The notes under the pieces were generated by a model, which saw only the letters and a list, made by a program, of their open reading frames with translations, did not search any database and had not been told where the DNA came from. Below are positions 42,072 through 53,689 of a DNA stretch of 64,000 bases, in pieces. The number at the start of each line of letters is the position of its first letter. Positions within the stretch are counted from its first letter, which is position 1. The position numbers and the translations under genes are program-made. Origin of the DNA: Takakia lepidozioides (taxonomy: Eukaryota > Plantae > Bryophyta); contig CM060732.1 of NCBI GenBank assembly GCA_030704615.1, forward strand, positions 32,798,001 to 32,862,000. The letters are read 5' to 3'.

Positions 42072-42849
42072 CATTCTAATTCATCTCACTGAGGTTTTGG
42101 ATTCTCTCAGAGGTGTCTTGCAGGTTTGTGGATCAAGGGCTCTGCTTCGCAAGGGCAAGAGCTCTCAAACGGTGCAGGAATCAACCAAACCTTTGCTAAA
42201 TGCTAAGTAGAGGTTCCATGTTTCAACTCTTCGATTGCTTGACTGTTCAGGATGTTTTGGCTCACAATCTTCACCCCTCATGAACAACCTAGTGGGGCAC
42301 ATGCAAAACCCTGATTGAGCTGGAAGCCAATTGCAGTTTGTGGACTCCTGTGTGGAGTTTTCACACAGTTTTCTCAGAATTGTGAAGTTTCTTTCATCAA
42401 TCAATCTTTGTCAAAGGATATTGAGATTGATCATAGATATGGATTGATTGTAAGATCTAAAATCAATTAGGTATGGCCCAAGGTCATGATTTTGAACTGC
42501 AGAATGAAAAAGGGCTTGGGCAAAACTTTATGGTTCTGAGGAATGGATGCTTGTAGGAGCCTGGGGGGGTGACCACAAAGGCTATGCTTTCTGTACCAAG
42601 GGGAATGGGTTGTTGAGGCCATAAGCCAAGAAGTAGAGAGAACATGCAGGCCAGAGCCGGCTTAACTAAGGATCACTTCACCTTGCGGCTACTGCCCTTT
42701 CTGGGGCTGGCCCTATGCCAAGAAGTAATACTGATCAAGAAGCAACAAGGAATCTAATCCATCTCCTGGGTTCAAGTTGGCAAGTACGAATCCTTGTAAT
42801 GCAAATCCAAGAGAGGATGATCAGTCGGGCTCCTCTCTGCCCTCAGCAC

Positions 42850-43250
42850 AATTCACAAAGCAAACCCACAGTTAGGCGCTCTCTCTCACACTCAAGGAGT
42901 ACATAGAACTGGTAGGCTGTTTTACTGTGGAGGTAGCATAATCACAAAAGCAGGTCGAACGTAGAAGCGTCAGAATCCAATTCAGCTCTCTCCTCGTAAG
43001 TAGACATCAAACAGAGGACAGGAGAGTGCAATTGCCCGTTGTGTGGGCAACCTGAAGACAATCTTCATTTTCTGATTCATTGTGATTCGAGGTTCCCTCA
43101 TTATGAGTACATTCTCTCACAAGTAGAGAACTGATGCTCTGCCTCTACATACTGGATAAGTTCAAGCATCCTGATTCCTTCGGCCTGTCTCCACCCATAC
43201 TGCGTGCAAACTGACTTACAAGTTTCCCACCTCTCGAAGGAACTTAACGG
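42850..43250 (+). mobile_element. Short LINE remnant
   Basis: NCPLCGQPEDNLHFLIHC at ~43030-43083 is a typical LINE ORF2 C-terminal zinc knuckle. Confidence 0.45.
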
Positions 43251-44929
43251 AGAGGTAGAGAACAATGATGATGTAGGTGTCTCTGAAGACAAAGGAGGCG
43301 TCTTTGTAGAACGCAAAGTAATTACCTGAAGCAAATGCAAAACTTAAACCCTCTTCCCCTTTCACTTCATCAGTGTGTGTAGAATCTGACAACAGTCCTG
43401 TAGGTGTAACATTATACCTGACTAGATCCACAGACATTGTGTTTGAGATGATTTTTAATATGCAACAACCATGCCCTCAGCTACTTCATTTCTATGGAAT
43501 TCCGAGTTTGCATCAATGAAGAAATGGTGTCAGAAATGGTGATGGTGTCATTTCTTGGACACCATCTACAATATCAGCAATGGTACTTCCCCAAGCCTGG
43601 AGGCAGAAGTTATACAATTGAGGAGATGCCCAAATGTGTACACGTCTCAATGCTTAGCTTGACTTATGAAATTACCATTGAGAGTCCAACCATGTTTGCT
43701 GTACAATGTACCTCAAGATGACGGTATGAAGTCCTCATACCTTCAGAACCAGAGAAATGGGTATACATCTTGAATTACAACACTGGCTCTGAAGTACTTG
43801 ACTCCAAGAAAACTAACCCCAACTGAGAATTCTATACGTGACCACAAACACAACTCGATCACAACAGTACAAAAACACCCCCACCTGGTGGACTGGATGG
43901 AATGGTACCACACACTTCAATTGATTTGAAGATCACCCCTAACTTGCTTCTACGAATCTGCATATATATTTGTTTCTATTGCAAATTACATGTACATTGC
44001 AATCAAAGACAGAAAAGACTAGTGTTGGGCTTGTGATGCCCCAAACTTTCCTCATCACAGATTCACCCGTTTCATCCAACACGGCGATACACATTCATCG
44101 TATATTTTTTTGGCGTATAAAGCCGTTAATCCGTTACAATGATGTTTAGGTTAGGGTTAGTTTAGGCTGGTGGCTTGATCTTGGCCCTTTGTTAGATCCA
44201 GGGCTGCAAGGCAGCACCGTGGGCTTGGGCCTATAATGCCTCACCACGCGGCGGGCCACTACGGTTAGGGCTTTTGTATAAAGACGGCGCCCTGACACAA
44301 GGTCAGGGCGGTGTACTCGGGTGTTGTTGTACATGTGATTTGAGTGTACAAGTTTTTGGATGAGAGCTGCTTAGTGTCTGAATCGTGTGTTTGATCCTCC
44401 TCTTGCGCGTTACTTGCTCTTTCCGCTCGCCCCTTTGTTGTGCAAGTTCGCTTCTTGAGAGGAAAGGAGTATATGCTTCAGGCTTGTTTTATGGTGGAGA
44501 GAAGCCGGGTATTCTAGGCGTGGTGGATCCTGCCCGCACTGTCAGGATCAGTTAGGTCATTCGCGGGATTTGCTCTACGTCATGCTGCCTAAGTGGTTCG
44601 CTAATGCGTGTTATCGATGGCGGCTCCTCGCTTTGCCCTCTTTTCTCCTGCTGTTGTGATTTTGTCGTCTCATGATGTGCGTTGGGTGTAATTGAAGGGG
44701 ATAGCTATAGTTCGTGATTTGTCTTGTGTAGCTCGCAGAGAGGGGGAGAGCATGTTCCTTCATATTAGCGTGGCACTTGCCATCGAGGCTGCTTCTAGTG
44801 TAGAGACTGACCCTGCTGCCACTTCTCATTCTGCTAGTGTTGTTGTTGTTGCTCCTCCCGTTGTTTCTAACCCTGTTGACACTCTTGCTGTTACTAACAC
44901 TACTGACGGCACGCGGCCTGGCATTGTTG

Positions 44930-45350
44930 TGTCATGGTTTTAGTCATGGTTATCTAGAATTACCTACTTCTAGTTAACTAGGACATTTTAGATATTTATA
45001 TTTATATTTTGTGTGTTGGGACTTCATTTGGTCTCACATGCCAAGTGAGGTGTCGAGCCTCACTTGAGACATGGAAATAGGTTTTCCCCTTGTGAGTGTT
45101 GAGGAGGCTCATCTTCTTGTAGTTGAGCCTCCATGAGCTTCTCTCACCTCCATAGCTCTAGGTATTGAGAGGGAGTGTGTTGAGGGCTTTGTAGGGTGGA
45201 TTCATTTAGCAAAGGTGCCCTTGGCTTGACTTAGTTTATATGATAGAGTGGATTTCACTTGGAAGGACTAGGGCTTGTTCTTCATGTGATTGCTTCATGC
45301 TTTGAGAGCTTTCATTGTCTTCTACTTCTCTCATTTCTCATCTCTTATCA
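44930..45350 (+). repeat. Terminal repeat A1
   Basis: TGTCATGG...CTCTTATCA, near-identical to 55379-55794 (a few substitutions and two small indels). Confidence 0.95.
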
Positions 45351-45351
45351 A

Positions 45352-45362
45352 TACAAGAAGAT
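45352..45362 (+). promoter_or_regulatory. Putative self-priming primer-binding site
   Basis: TACAAGAAGAT lies 1 nt after A1 and is the exact reverse complement of ATCTTCTTGTA (45111-45121) in A1. No TGG-type tRNA PBS is present. Confidence 0.65.
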
Positions 45363-46650
45363 CACCTTATGCTTGTGAGTGCGGAGTGTAAGGATTAATT
45401 TTGCACTTGTATTTTAAAGAGGTTGAGAGCTAGGAGAATTTAGCTCTTGTAGCACAAGGCTTGCAAGGGGTTGCAAGGAAATGTGCTCGAGTATTGCATG
45501 CACCAAGGAGTTGGAGAGCTTGAGAAGAAAGCTCTTGAGTCACAAGATTTTGCAAGGATTGTAAGGAGGAAGTCTTGTGTGTGTGGAAGCATGGATTCTA
45601 GGGTTTGAGAATCCTTTGTATGCATTATGGAGTCGATGGTGTGCGCCATGGCTTGTGGAGAGTGACTAAAGGCTTGTTAGTGCTCATTTCACTATCAAGC
45701 TAGGGTTAAGCAAGTTCAAAGTGTGGATGTTGTGGAAGAGAAGCCAATGAGCTATATATGCTTGGGCTTGAAGACAACAAGGGCAAGCACTTGGAGAGCA
45801 CTAAGAAACTCAAGAGGTTTTGAAAGGGAGCATGTGAAGAAATCTTCCAATCATGGTGGTGTGGAGCCAAGCTTAGGGTGCCATTGGAAGGGCTTGGAGA
45901 ACATGTGGTGGGAAATCCTTGAAGGGAAATCATCATTCAATGTATGCATAGCTTCACCCTAACTATGTAATGTGACAAGAGGGGGAGGCAATACTTGGCT
46001 ATTCATGCTCTTGGTAGTGCGAGCTTTGTGGTGGATAGTTGACCAAGCAAGTGGTGCATGTGTGGAGCATGCTCGCTTGAGTTTGTAAGTTCAAGTTTGA
46101 GAAGGGGAGCTCTTGAACTAGCAAGAGGTGAAGGCCTTTGAGATCCATTTGTGTGTGAAGTGGAGAGGTGTTGATTCATGTTATGATGAAGGAGAGCAAC
46201 ACATAGGCCAAGAGGTCATGAAACATGCATTCAAATGACCACGGGGAGCACATGGATGATGGATTGGTGCAAGACCCCAAATGAGGCATATGGCGTGAGA
46301 GTGGGATCCAAGGCGGATTGCTTGGGAGCATTATTGTAAGTGACAAGCATTGCTCCTACACATTGAGATAATTTGTGTTGATTTGGAGCAATTGTCAAGT
46401 GATGAGGAGACAAATGCATGATTATTCGGCAATGGAGATATGGTAGTTAAATCCCAAGGACTAGAAGGGGGATTGATTTGGTGGACAATGACTTGCAAGT
46501 TGAGTTGGACCACTCTTGGTTGCACATTGGGGTGGAAGAGAGCAAGAAGATGCCTCTTATGACCACCTAGAGACCATATTTTTGCTTGAGTAGAAGCATA
46601 GAAGTCAAGGACTTGCATTCTAGCTCTTACAAACCCTAGTAGTGTATGCT

Positions 46651-46952
46651 CAGACTATACCTCTGTTAGTATACCAAACAGGAGCTTGTCCCTTTGACTA
46701 TACCTCTGTTGAGGTATCACCATATGTGAACCCTAATGTGAGACTATACCTCTGTTAGTATACCAAACAGGAGCTTGTCCATTTTACTATACCTCTATTG
46801 AGGTATCACCATATGTAAACCCTAATCAGCTCAGACTATACCTCTGTTAGTATACCAAACAGAACCCTCATTTTCAGACTATACCTCTGTAAAGGTATCA
46901 TCAACATAAAGGACCCTAGCAACCTCAGACTATACCTCTGTTAAGGTATCAA
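46651..46952 (+). repeat. Array of seven ACTATACCTCT-core repeats in the element leader
   Basis: Cores at ~46654, 46697, 46743, 46786, 46835, 46878, 46929 (43-51 bp period, alternating spacers). ATACCTC-tgtt-GAGGTAT hairpin in alternate units. Confidence 0.9.
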
Positions 46953-46984
46953 CAGTGAAAGGACTTAGTGAAATTTAAGGGCCT

Positions 46985-47102
46985 TTGGAGGATTGTTTGG
47001 AAGATATTTGAGGGCCCTTGGAGGAGTATTTGGAGGATCTTTGGGGTCCTTGGAGGAGTGTTTGGAGGATCTTTGGGGTCCTTGGAGGACCCTTCAAGGA
47101 GC
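46985..47102 (+). repeat. Short TTGGAGGA-based tandem repeat
   Basis: TTGGAGGA recurs; TTGGAGGATCTTTGGGGTCCTTGGAGGA occurs twice. Confidence 0.8.
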
Positions 47103-47766
47103 TTTGGTGGACAATGTTGAAGAGCTCTTGAAGGATTGATTGAGGGATATTGAAGGATACTTGCCACGGCCATACAAGCGAGTGGATAGAGACAAGAGGG
47201 AGAGTGGTGGGATGAGAGCATTCTGGGGTTAGGAATTGCTTTAGTTTCTCTTCTCCATAGTCTTTCACCCTCTCTGTAGGCCAAAACCTTTCCGTAGGTG
47301 GAGGCAAGAGTCAGTCCGGGTTTGGGCTGGGGTGTCCTTGCAAGAGCGACACTGTGGAGTGTTTTTGGTGTGGGGGAGTTGCTGTCTTGATTTTCTTGTG
47401 TTTGGATCCCCTCCACACCTGCATGCTTGACTGTGCGCCATGTTAGCTTTGTGTGGGCGCATTTTTTCATAGGAGGTTGGTCCGGATTTGATCACCGGCC
47501 AATCCTAGAGTATGTTGTCGGTGGTGAGGCTGGAGTGATGACCAGCAAGACCACCAGTGTTTCTTCTATGGTGAGGCTGGGTTGATGACCAGCAGACCAT
47601 AGGAGTGCTTGCGGTGGATGCAGGTGCAAGTACAGGTCTACATTAGAAACCTATTATTCCTGCTTGAACCAGTAGCCGCAACAGGTTCTTTACCCGGTTA
47701 CCTTGTAGAAAGTGGGGATTAGAGACAGGTTGACAACCGGTTGGGTTGTGAGTTTTCATCACGGAG

Positions 47767-50660
47767 GTGCCACCAGCTGCTGAGGGGAGTGCCGGTACAA
47801 GCACCAGCGATACTAGTGGGTACACAAGACAAGGTGTGCGGTTTAGGCCACTTTCACCTTCAGTGTCTTCTGAGGAAGGTTCAGACTCGGAGTCAGGAGG
47901 ATTCTCGCCGAGGGTGCAAGTCATTTCCGTGCCATTGTTGTGGGACACGATGGAGGAGATGTATGGAGCTACCAAGGGGCCACGTAGGTACTCTGGAGCT
48001 GTGGGCACCATCGAGCTTGATGACTTTATACAAGAGTTTGACAGTTGGTGTGATTTGCAGCAAATGCGCAATCCACAACTGTTTACGCCCTTTATGGCGT
48101 GGAAGGGGCTATTCCAGCACCTTGAGGGGCCGCCCATGGATGATTACCATGAATTTAGGCGGGGACATGCGGTGGAGATTGAGGAGTGGCGAGAGTATTG
48201 GTCACCTAACTATGTCTCAATCACTAGAGGCACAAGGGCAGCGGTGACACCAGCAGCTACACAAACATCTCCAACTACAAGCACTAGTAGTGGAACAAGT
48301 AGTGCTGGCACTTCTGCAGGTGGTACCAGTTCAAAAGGTGCTACTACTCCTCCTGCCACAATTACAACACATGTGCCTAGATTCAACCCGGTGGTGGAGT
48401 TCTTCCAGGAGTTGCGGAGGAACTACCAAGGTGTACGGACAGAGAAGCTGCGAAGTTTGCAAGACTTCCAGCGCAAATCCAGTGAGAGCTTGCGAGAGGC
48501 CTACACTCGTATGAGGCGCTTGATAAGTGTGACCCAAGGGGTTACTGAAGCTCAGGCAGTCCAGTTCTGGTATGGAATTTTGGACAAGGAGCTCAAGAGA
48601 AGGGTGCGGGATGCAACCCTGTTACAAGCGCCCAACCCACATTAGCGGATGTGTTTCTGCTGGCTGAGCGGATTGAGCTCAACATGGTGGAGGAGCGAGT
48701 TGTTACCATTGGATTTGGCAAGGACATGCCTGCACGAGGTGCAGCTGCCAGCCAACAGGTACAAGGGACTGCCCAACAGCGTGGTCAGGGGGGCAAGGTT
48801 GCCCAACCCAAGTTCCATGGAGCTTACAGGGGACCTCAGGTGCAGAGGCCCGTGGCATCTTTTGCAGGCCAACAACAACTAGGGGTGATATGTTGGACAT
48901 GTGGAGGACCCCATGTCAAGAGAGATTGCCCAGAGAGTGGCAGAAGGCCGGCACAAGCACAGCCTGCACAGTTGCAGTGTGGGCATTGTGGCAAGTATGG
49001 GCATGGAGATGCCCAGTGTTATGACTTGCACCCTGAGTTGCGCCCAGGCCAGTTCCAGGGGAACAATGGTGGCCGGGGGCGAGGTGGACCAGCCCAGAGA
49101 GGACGAGGTACAGGCCAAGGGCAAGCTCAACATGGCCAAGGACGCGGAGGTCAGGGTGTTGACCAAGACATGGCCAACCGGCTTCAGCAGCTAGAGCAGA
49201 GGCTCGCTGCCATGGCTACAGCTCAGGTGGTACCGGCTCCCAGGCGGGATGGTCCACCTCCTGCTCCTAAGGGAGGAGATATGGGAGGCATGGGATTCAT
49301 GTGCGGAGCAGCACTACCACTAGTGCAGGTGGAGTCTGCTACAGCCGTGACTCGAGGAGCAGCACGAGTTCCTGAGCCACAAGGTGCAGAGGTGGAATTG
49401 GATCCACAGCGTGGGGAGGCAAGCCGTCAGGCGAGGCTTCCTCAGTCATTCATATTGGCGGAGACAGTGTCGACGCCATCCATGGCACCTAGTTCTCGCC
49501 CGACTGTTACCGAGGCGGAGGTTACTATGTCATTGGGGAGAGCTACACGTGCAGCACTGACACCTGCTACCAAGGCTAGTGCAGCCGGTGTGTTATTAGG
49601 GGCAGCCACCTCTGTGTGTCAAGCCCCACTGTTCTCAGCAACCATGATTGTGACGCCAGGGGTAAGACCAGCTGCAGTGTTCAGACTAGCAGCAACACTC
49701 TGCGAGAGTGGGGAGGTCACTTCATCTTCTGCGGAGTTACTGGAAGGTGTAGTGGCAGAGGGATCCTCGGATTTGAGGGTCAAGACTGCCACGGCTGCGC
49801 CATGGCAAGCTGCAGTTGCCAGGTTGACGGAGCTGCCAGCTAGGCCAGCCTTTGAGTGCGCCATGGTGACACCTGGAGTTGTCTTGTTAGACAACCAGGG
49901 AGGCATTTTCACTTTGAGTGGACCGGCAGGCAAGAAGTATCGGCCACTGCGGGTCTTGTTGGACTCAGGAGCTCAGCCACTGATGTTGGGCAGAGCTGCT
50001 ATTGCAGGTTTGGGCCTCATGGAGGCGGATATGGAGCCTTGTCCTTTCCAGATACAGACATCTCTGGGAGGATCAGAGCAGGCTCGGGGCATGACACGGC
50101 GTGAGTTGGTCATTGGACTACAACCAGATCATCATGTAGATGGCTCAGTGATGCGAGCCAAGGCCATTGTGACAGACGCGGTCTCTTACGATGTCCTTGT
50201 TGGTGGGGCAGTGTTATATCCCATGGGCTTCACCCTGGACTTTTGGGAGGAGTCAGCATCCTACAGGCCTGGATGGCAGTCAGGGGATGGTCGTCGTGCA
50301 CAGCTCCTTGTGACATTCATTGGGGGTATTGCGGCTGCCCAGCGAGGCAAGCTGCCAACACTAGCCGCCTTTACAACTGCAGTTAGTTGGCCTGGAGAGT
50401 TGCTGGAAGGCAATGCCCATGCAGAGGATGTGCCACCTCCAGCAGAGCAGGATGACATGCATGGTACGGCGGAGTTGCCTGCCATGGTTGCTCACACTCC
50501 ATTATGGGGTACGAGCAAGGATTTGCAGCAGGCTGCTGATGGACGGGTACAACAAGCCTGGGTAGAGGCCTTCGTACCGTCAGGAGAAGAGGAGAGTGCG
50601 GTGATTGCACTAGGACCACCTCAGTTGTCGCCATTGGACACCACACCTGTGTGGCAGTGC
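47767..50660 (+). CDS. Gag (two CCHC knuckles) and aspartic protease of the DNMT-Gypsy; frameshift ~48645
   Basis: Gag core, CWTCGGPHVKRDC, CGHCGKYGHGDAQC, RGG-rich linker, LLDSGAQ (~49956-49976), YDVLVGG. Confidence 0.9.
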
Positions 50661-50664
50661 CCGG

Positions 50665-51620
50665 ATGAAGGCATATGCCTTCTGGACTTGTTTGGCGGGA
50701 TCAGCACTGGATTGGCTGCAGTACTGCAGGCAGGTGTACGAGTTCGACGTTACCTGTATGTGGAGAGGGATGAGACTGCACGACGCGTCTCACTGCGCCA
50801 TGTTGCTCAGTTGGTACAGCAGTACCCTGATTTTTGCCAGTGTCTGCAGTTCGTGGATACCAACAAGCCTTGCCAGCAGACATTTGTTGTTGGGGGCGCA
50901 GGATTTGGAGCGGGTTGGCTCCATTGATCTGGTAGTGGCAGGTTGGCCCTGCCAAGGGCATTCATCAGCCGGGCATGGCAATGGATTGCGAGACTCGAGG
51001 ACGGGTCTGTTTTGGGAGATGGTGCGGATTTTGCGCCACTTGCAGCTTCATCAAGTTGTATCTCTAGCATACATCTTGGAGAATGTGCCACTGATGGGTG
51101 ATTCTCGGGCCAGGGTGATGGCCAGTGTGCATCAAGTCCGGTCGTGGCTTGGGTCAGCAGTGTTGCTGGATGCAGCTGCAGTGGGGTCATGGGCTCATCG
51201 TCCACGGCTATGGTGGACTAACTTGATGCCACCCGCACTGCTCAAGCGTGCATTTGATGGGGTGCAGCGGCCAGCACACCTCAGTGGATAGCATTTTGGA
51301 CACAGGAGGCAGTCTCAACGTGTGAGACACGATGACCGTTCGCCTTTGGCAGTGGTCAACAGGGTGGTCAACCACGAGCAGCATACCTACACTGCTCAGC
51401 TTCCCAGGATCCCATGCTTTTCGGGATGGTGGACCTGGCCTCTTGTGGGATAGCCAATTGCAACAATTAGTGGAGCCCAATGCTGACGAGCGCGAGCGGG
51501 CGATGGGTTTTACCACAGGTACCACGGCGGTGCCATCTCTTTCTGAGGCATCACGTCGTCAGGTGTTGGGGCAAGCAATGGATCTCAATTGCTTGACCTG
51601 GATTATCAGCTTGGCTATGG
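50665..51620 (+). CDS. C5-cytosine DNA methyltransferase domain (DNMT3-like) inside pol; frameshifted in this copy
   Basis: Motif I LLDLFGGISTG (50679), motif II YVERD, motif IV AGWPCQGHS (50938-50964), motif VI YILENV (51070-51087), motif VIII AHRPRLWWTNL (51193-51225), motif IX ERERAMGF (~51488), motif X RRQVLGQAM (51554-51580). Confidence 0.92.
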
Positions 51621-52039
51621 CTGAGCAGCGCAGAGTACGGAGTACACTTCCCTTCATGGTCTCCCTGCCTACCGAGACGGTACAGGCAGCGAGTTGGGGC
51701 GAGCAGGTGAGGACCACGAGGTGCAGGCCGCATCCATGGCAACGTGGGAGGTGCTCGAGGTTCAGAAGGAGTTGGCAGCCAAGGCGGCGGTGATGGATCA
51801 GGTTGGGGATTTTTCTCGGATTGAGAGAGGTCCTCAAGGATGGGATGATGGGCAGGATGAGACATTGTCACTGACAGAGGAGGCAGTGGTCACTGCTCAA
51901 GAGGTTGCAGCATAGCAACACGGGACGCGTCTTCTACCTCTAAGCTGCTGGACTCAAGGTTGCAGTCACGGAGGACAACTGGGAGCCTGATGTTGGACCT
52001 ATAGTCACCGGAGGAGAGAGACGACGTATACGGCGGTTC

Positions 52040-53400
52040 TTGAGGGCTTACAGGAACTGCTTTGCCTTCAGTTTGAAGGACTTAGGAGCACTGAAGGGTC
52101 AAGAGATTCGCATTGAATTGGCTACTGACACGCCAATCTTTCGGAGACCCTATAGATACAGTGACATGGAGAGGTCCTTGATTCAGATGAGAACTCAGGA
52201 CCTTTGGGAGGCTGGTTGGTGGAGCTATCTGGGGGAGAGTATGCTTCAGCCACAGTGATGCCAGCCAAGAAGGATGTCTTTGGCAATTGGACGGAGAGAG
52301 ACGTATGTGCGGTGATTACCGGCCTGTAAATCGTCAGACCAAGTCCGATAGGTATGCCATGCCAACACCAGAGGAGATCTTTGATGCCATTGGCATGCCA
52401 AGGTCTTTAGCACGTTGGATTTACGATCCGGATATCACCAGTTGCCGATCAAGGAGGCGGATAAGCAAAAGACGGCATTCTGGGGATCAATGAGCACGGA
52501 AGGATTAGGATTGCCTATACCAGTGGCGGTTCTTACCATTTGGGCTTAAGAACGCTCCGGCAGAGTTTCAGAGAGTCATGGACAGGATTCTAGCAGGGGG
52601 GAGTTTGCTCGGTGCTACATAGATGACATCATCATCTTTAGTGCTACGGTGGATGGTGGAAGGCATGAGAGACACCTTCAGGGGAGTTTGAGCGCTTGAG
52701 GGCGCACGGATTGAAGTTACATGGGGAAGTGCAAGTTTTCCACAACCAGATTGAGTATCTGGGTCACATGATATATCCTGGAGATTGGGGGTACAGCAGA
52801 CTAAGGTAGAGTCCATTGCACAGGTTCCACGCCCCACGGATGTGAGCCGAGTTCGAGCTTTCATGGGGTTAGCAAACTATTATAGACGGTTTGTTAAGGG
52901 ATTTAGTGCCATTGCAAAGGCTCTAACCAAGCTGACCAAGGTGGACCAGGAGTGGCAGTGGGAAGATGAGCAAGAACAAGCTTTTCAAGAGCTCAAGGCG
53001 AGGTTGACCTCGGCGCCCATCTTGAGACGACCTATCAGGGGGCGTCCTTTTCAGTGCATACAGATTGGAGCATGCTGGATGGGGCTTGGAGCGGTGCTCA
53101 CACAGGTGATGATGAGGAAGAGAGTTCGTAGTGGCTTATGCTAGCCGCCGAACAACGTTGCAGAGTCTAAGTATAGCTCATATGAGGAATGAATAGCTTA
53201 GCTGCAGTGTGGGCCGTGGCACACTTCAGGTGCTATCTATACGGCAATCTCTTCACCCTTGTCACGGATCACCAACCACTCAAGTGGTTGATGAGTCAGA
53301 CAAGCTTACGGGGAAGCTTGCACGGTGGCACTCATCCTTCAAAAGTATGACTTTCAGGTGGTGCATCGAACGGGTTTGGTCAATCGCAATGCAGATGGTT
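52040..53400 (+). CDS. Reverse transcriptase and RNase H of the DNMT-Gypsy (many frameshifts)
   Basis: RMCGDYRPVN, LDLRSGYHQL, LPFGLKNAP, YIDDIIIF (~52616), FMGLANYYRRFVKGFS, TDHQPL, GKLARW. Confidence 0.9.
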
Positions 53401-53689
53401 GAGTCGCAATCCATGCACAAGCCAGCAGGATGACACTGGAGCTCGGTGGCATGGTGAGACGGACGAGGAGATGGGGCCCAGATGGCATGGCATCTGCATT
53501 TTCGTGTATCTTGGCAGCGGAAGACCAGGTTGGACCTTGCAATAGGGATGACTGTAGATCAAGTGTCTGAGGACCCTGAGGCAGCAATGAGAAGGGGGCG
53601 CCAAAGATATTTCATGAGGATTCAGTTGTGTTGGACTACCCCGCACTGGAGACACTGCAGCCAGTGTGACTGCCAAGGAGAGGGATCGA

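Noticed and set aside
1-43700. Most 60-140 aa ORFs in the supplied track
   Set aside because: They are intronic, antisense or exon read-through artefacts of spliced genes.
44144-44166. Telomere-like TTTAGG/TTAGGG motifs
   Set aside because: Only 3-4 imperfect units at a putative LTR start.
46651-46952. CRISPR-like palindromic repeats
   Set aside because: The spacers repeat in alternation (a tandem higher-order repeat) and lie inside a retroelement leader.
50665-51620. Host DNMT gene or bacterial contamination
   Set aside because: It is intronless, continuous with gag-protease and enclosed by the element's repeats and TSD.
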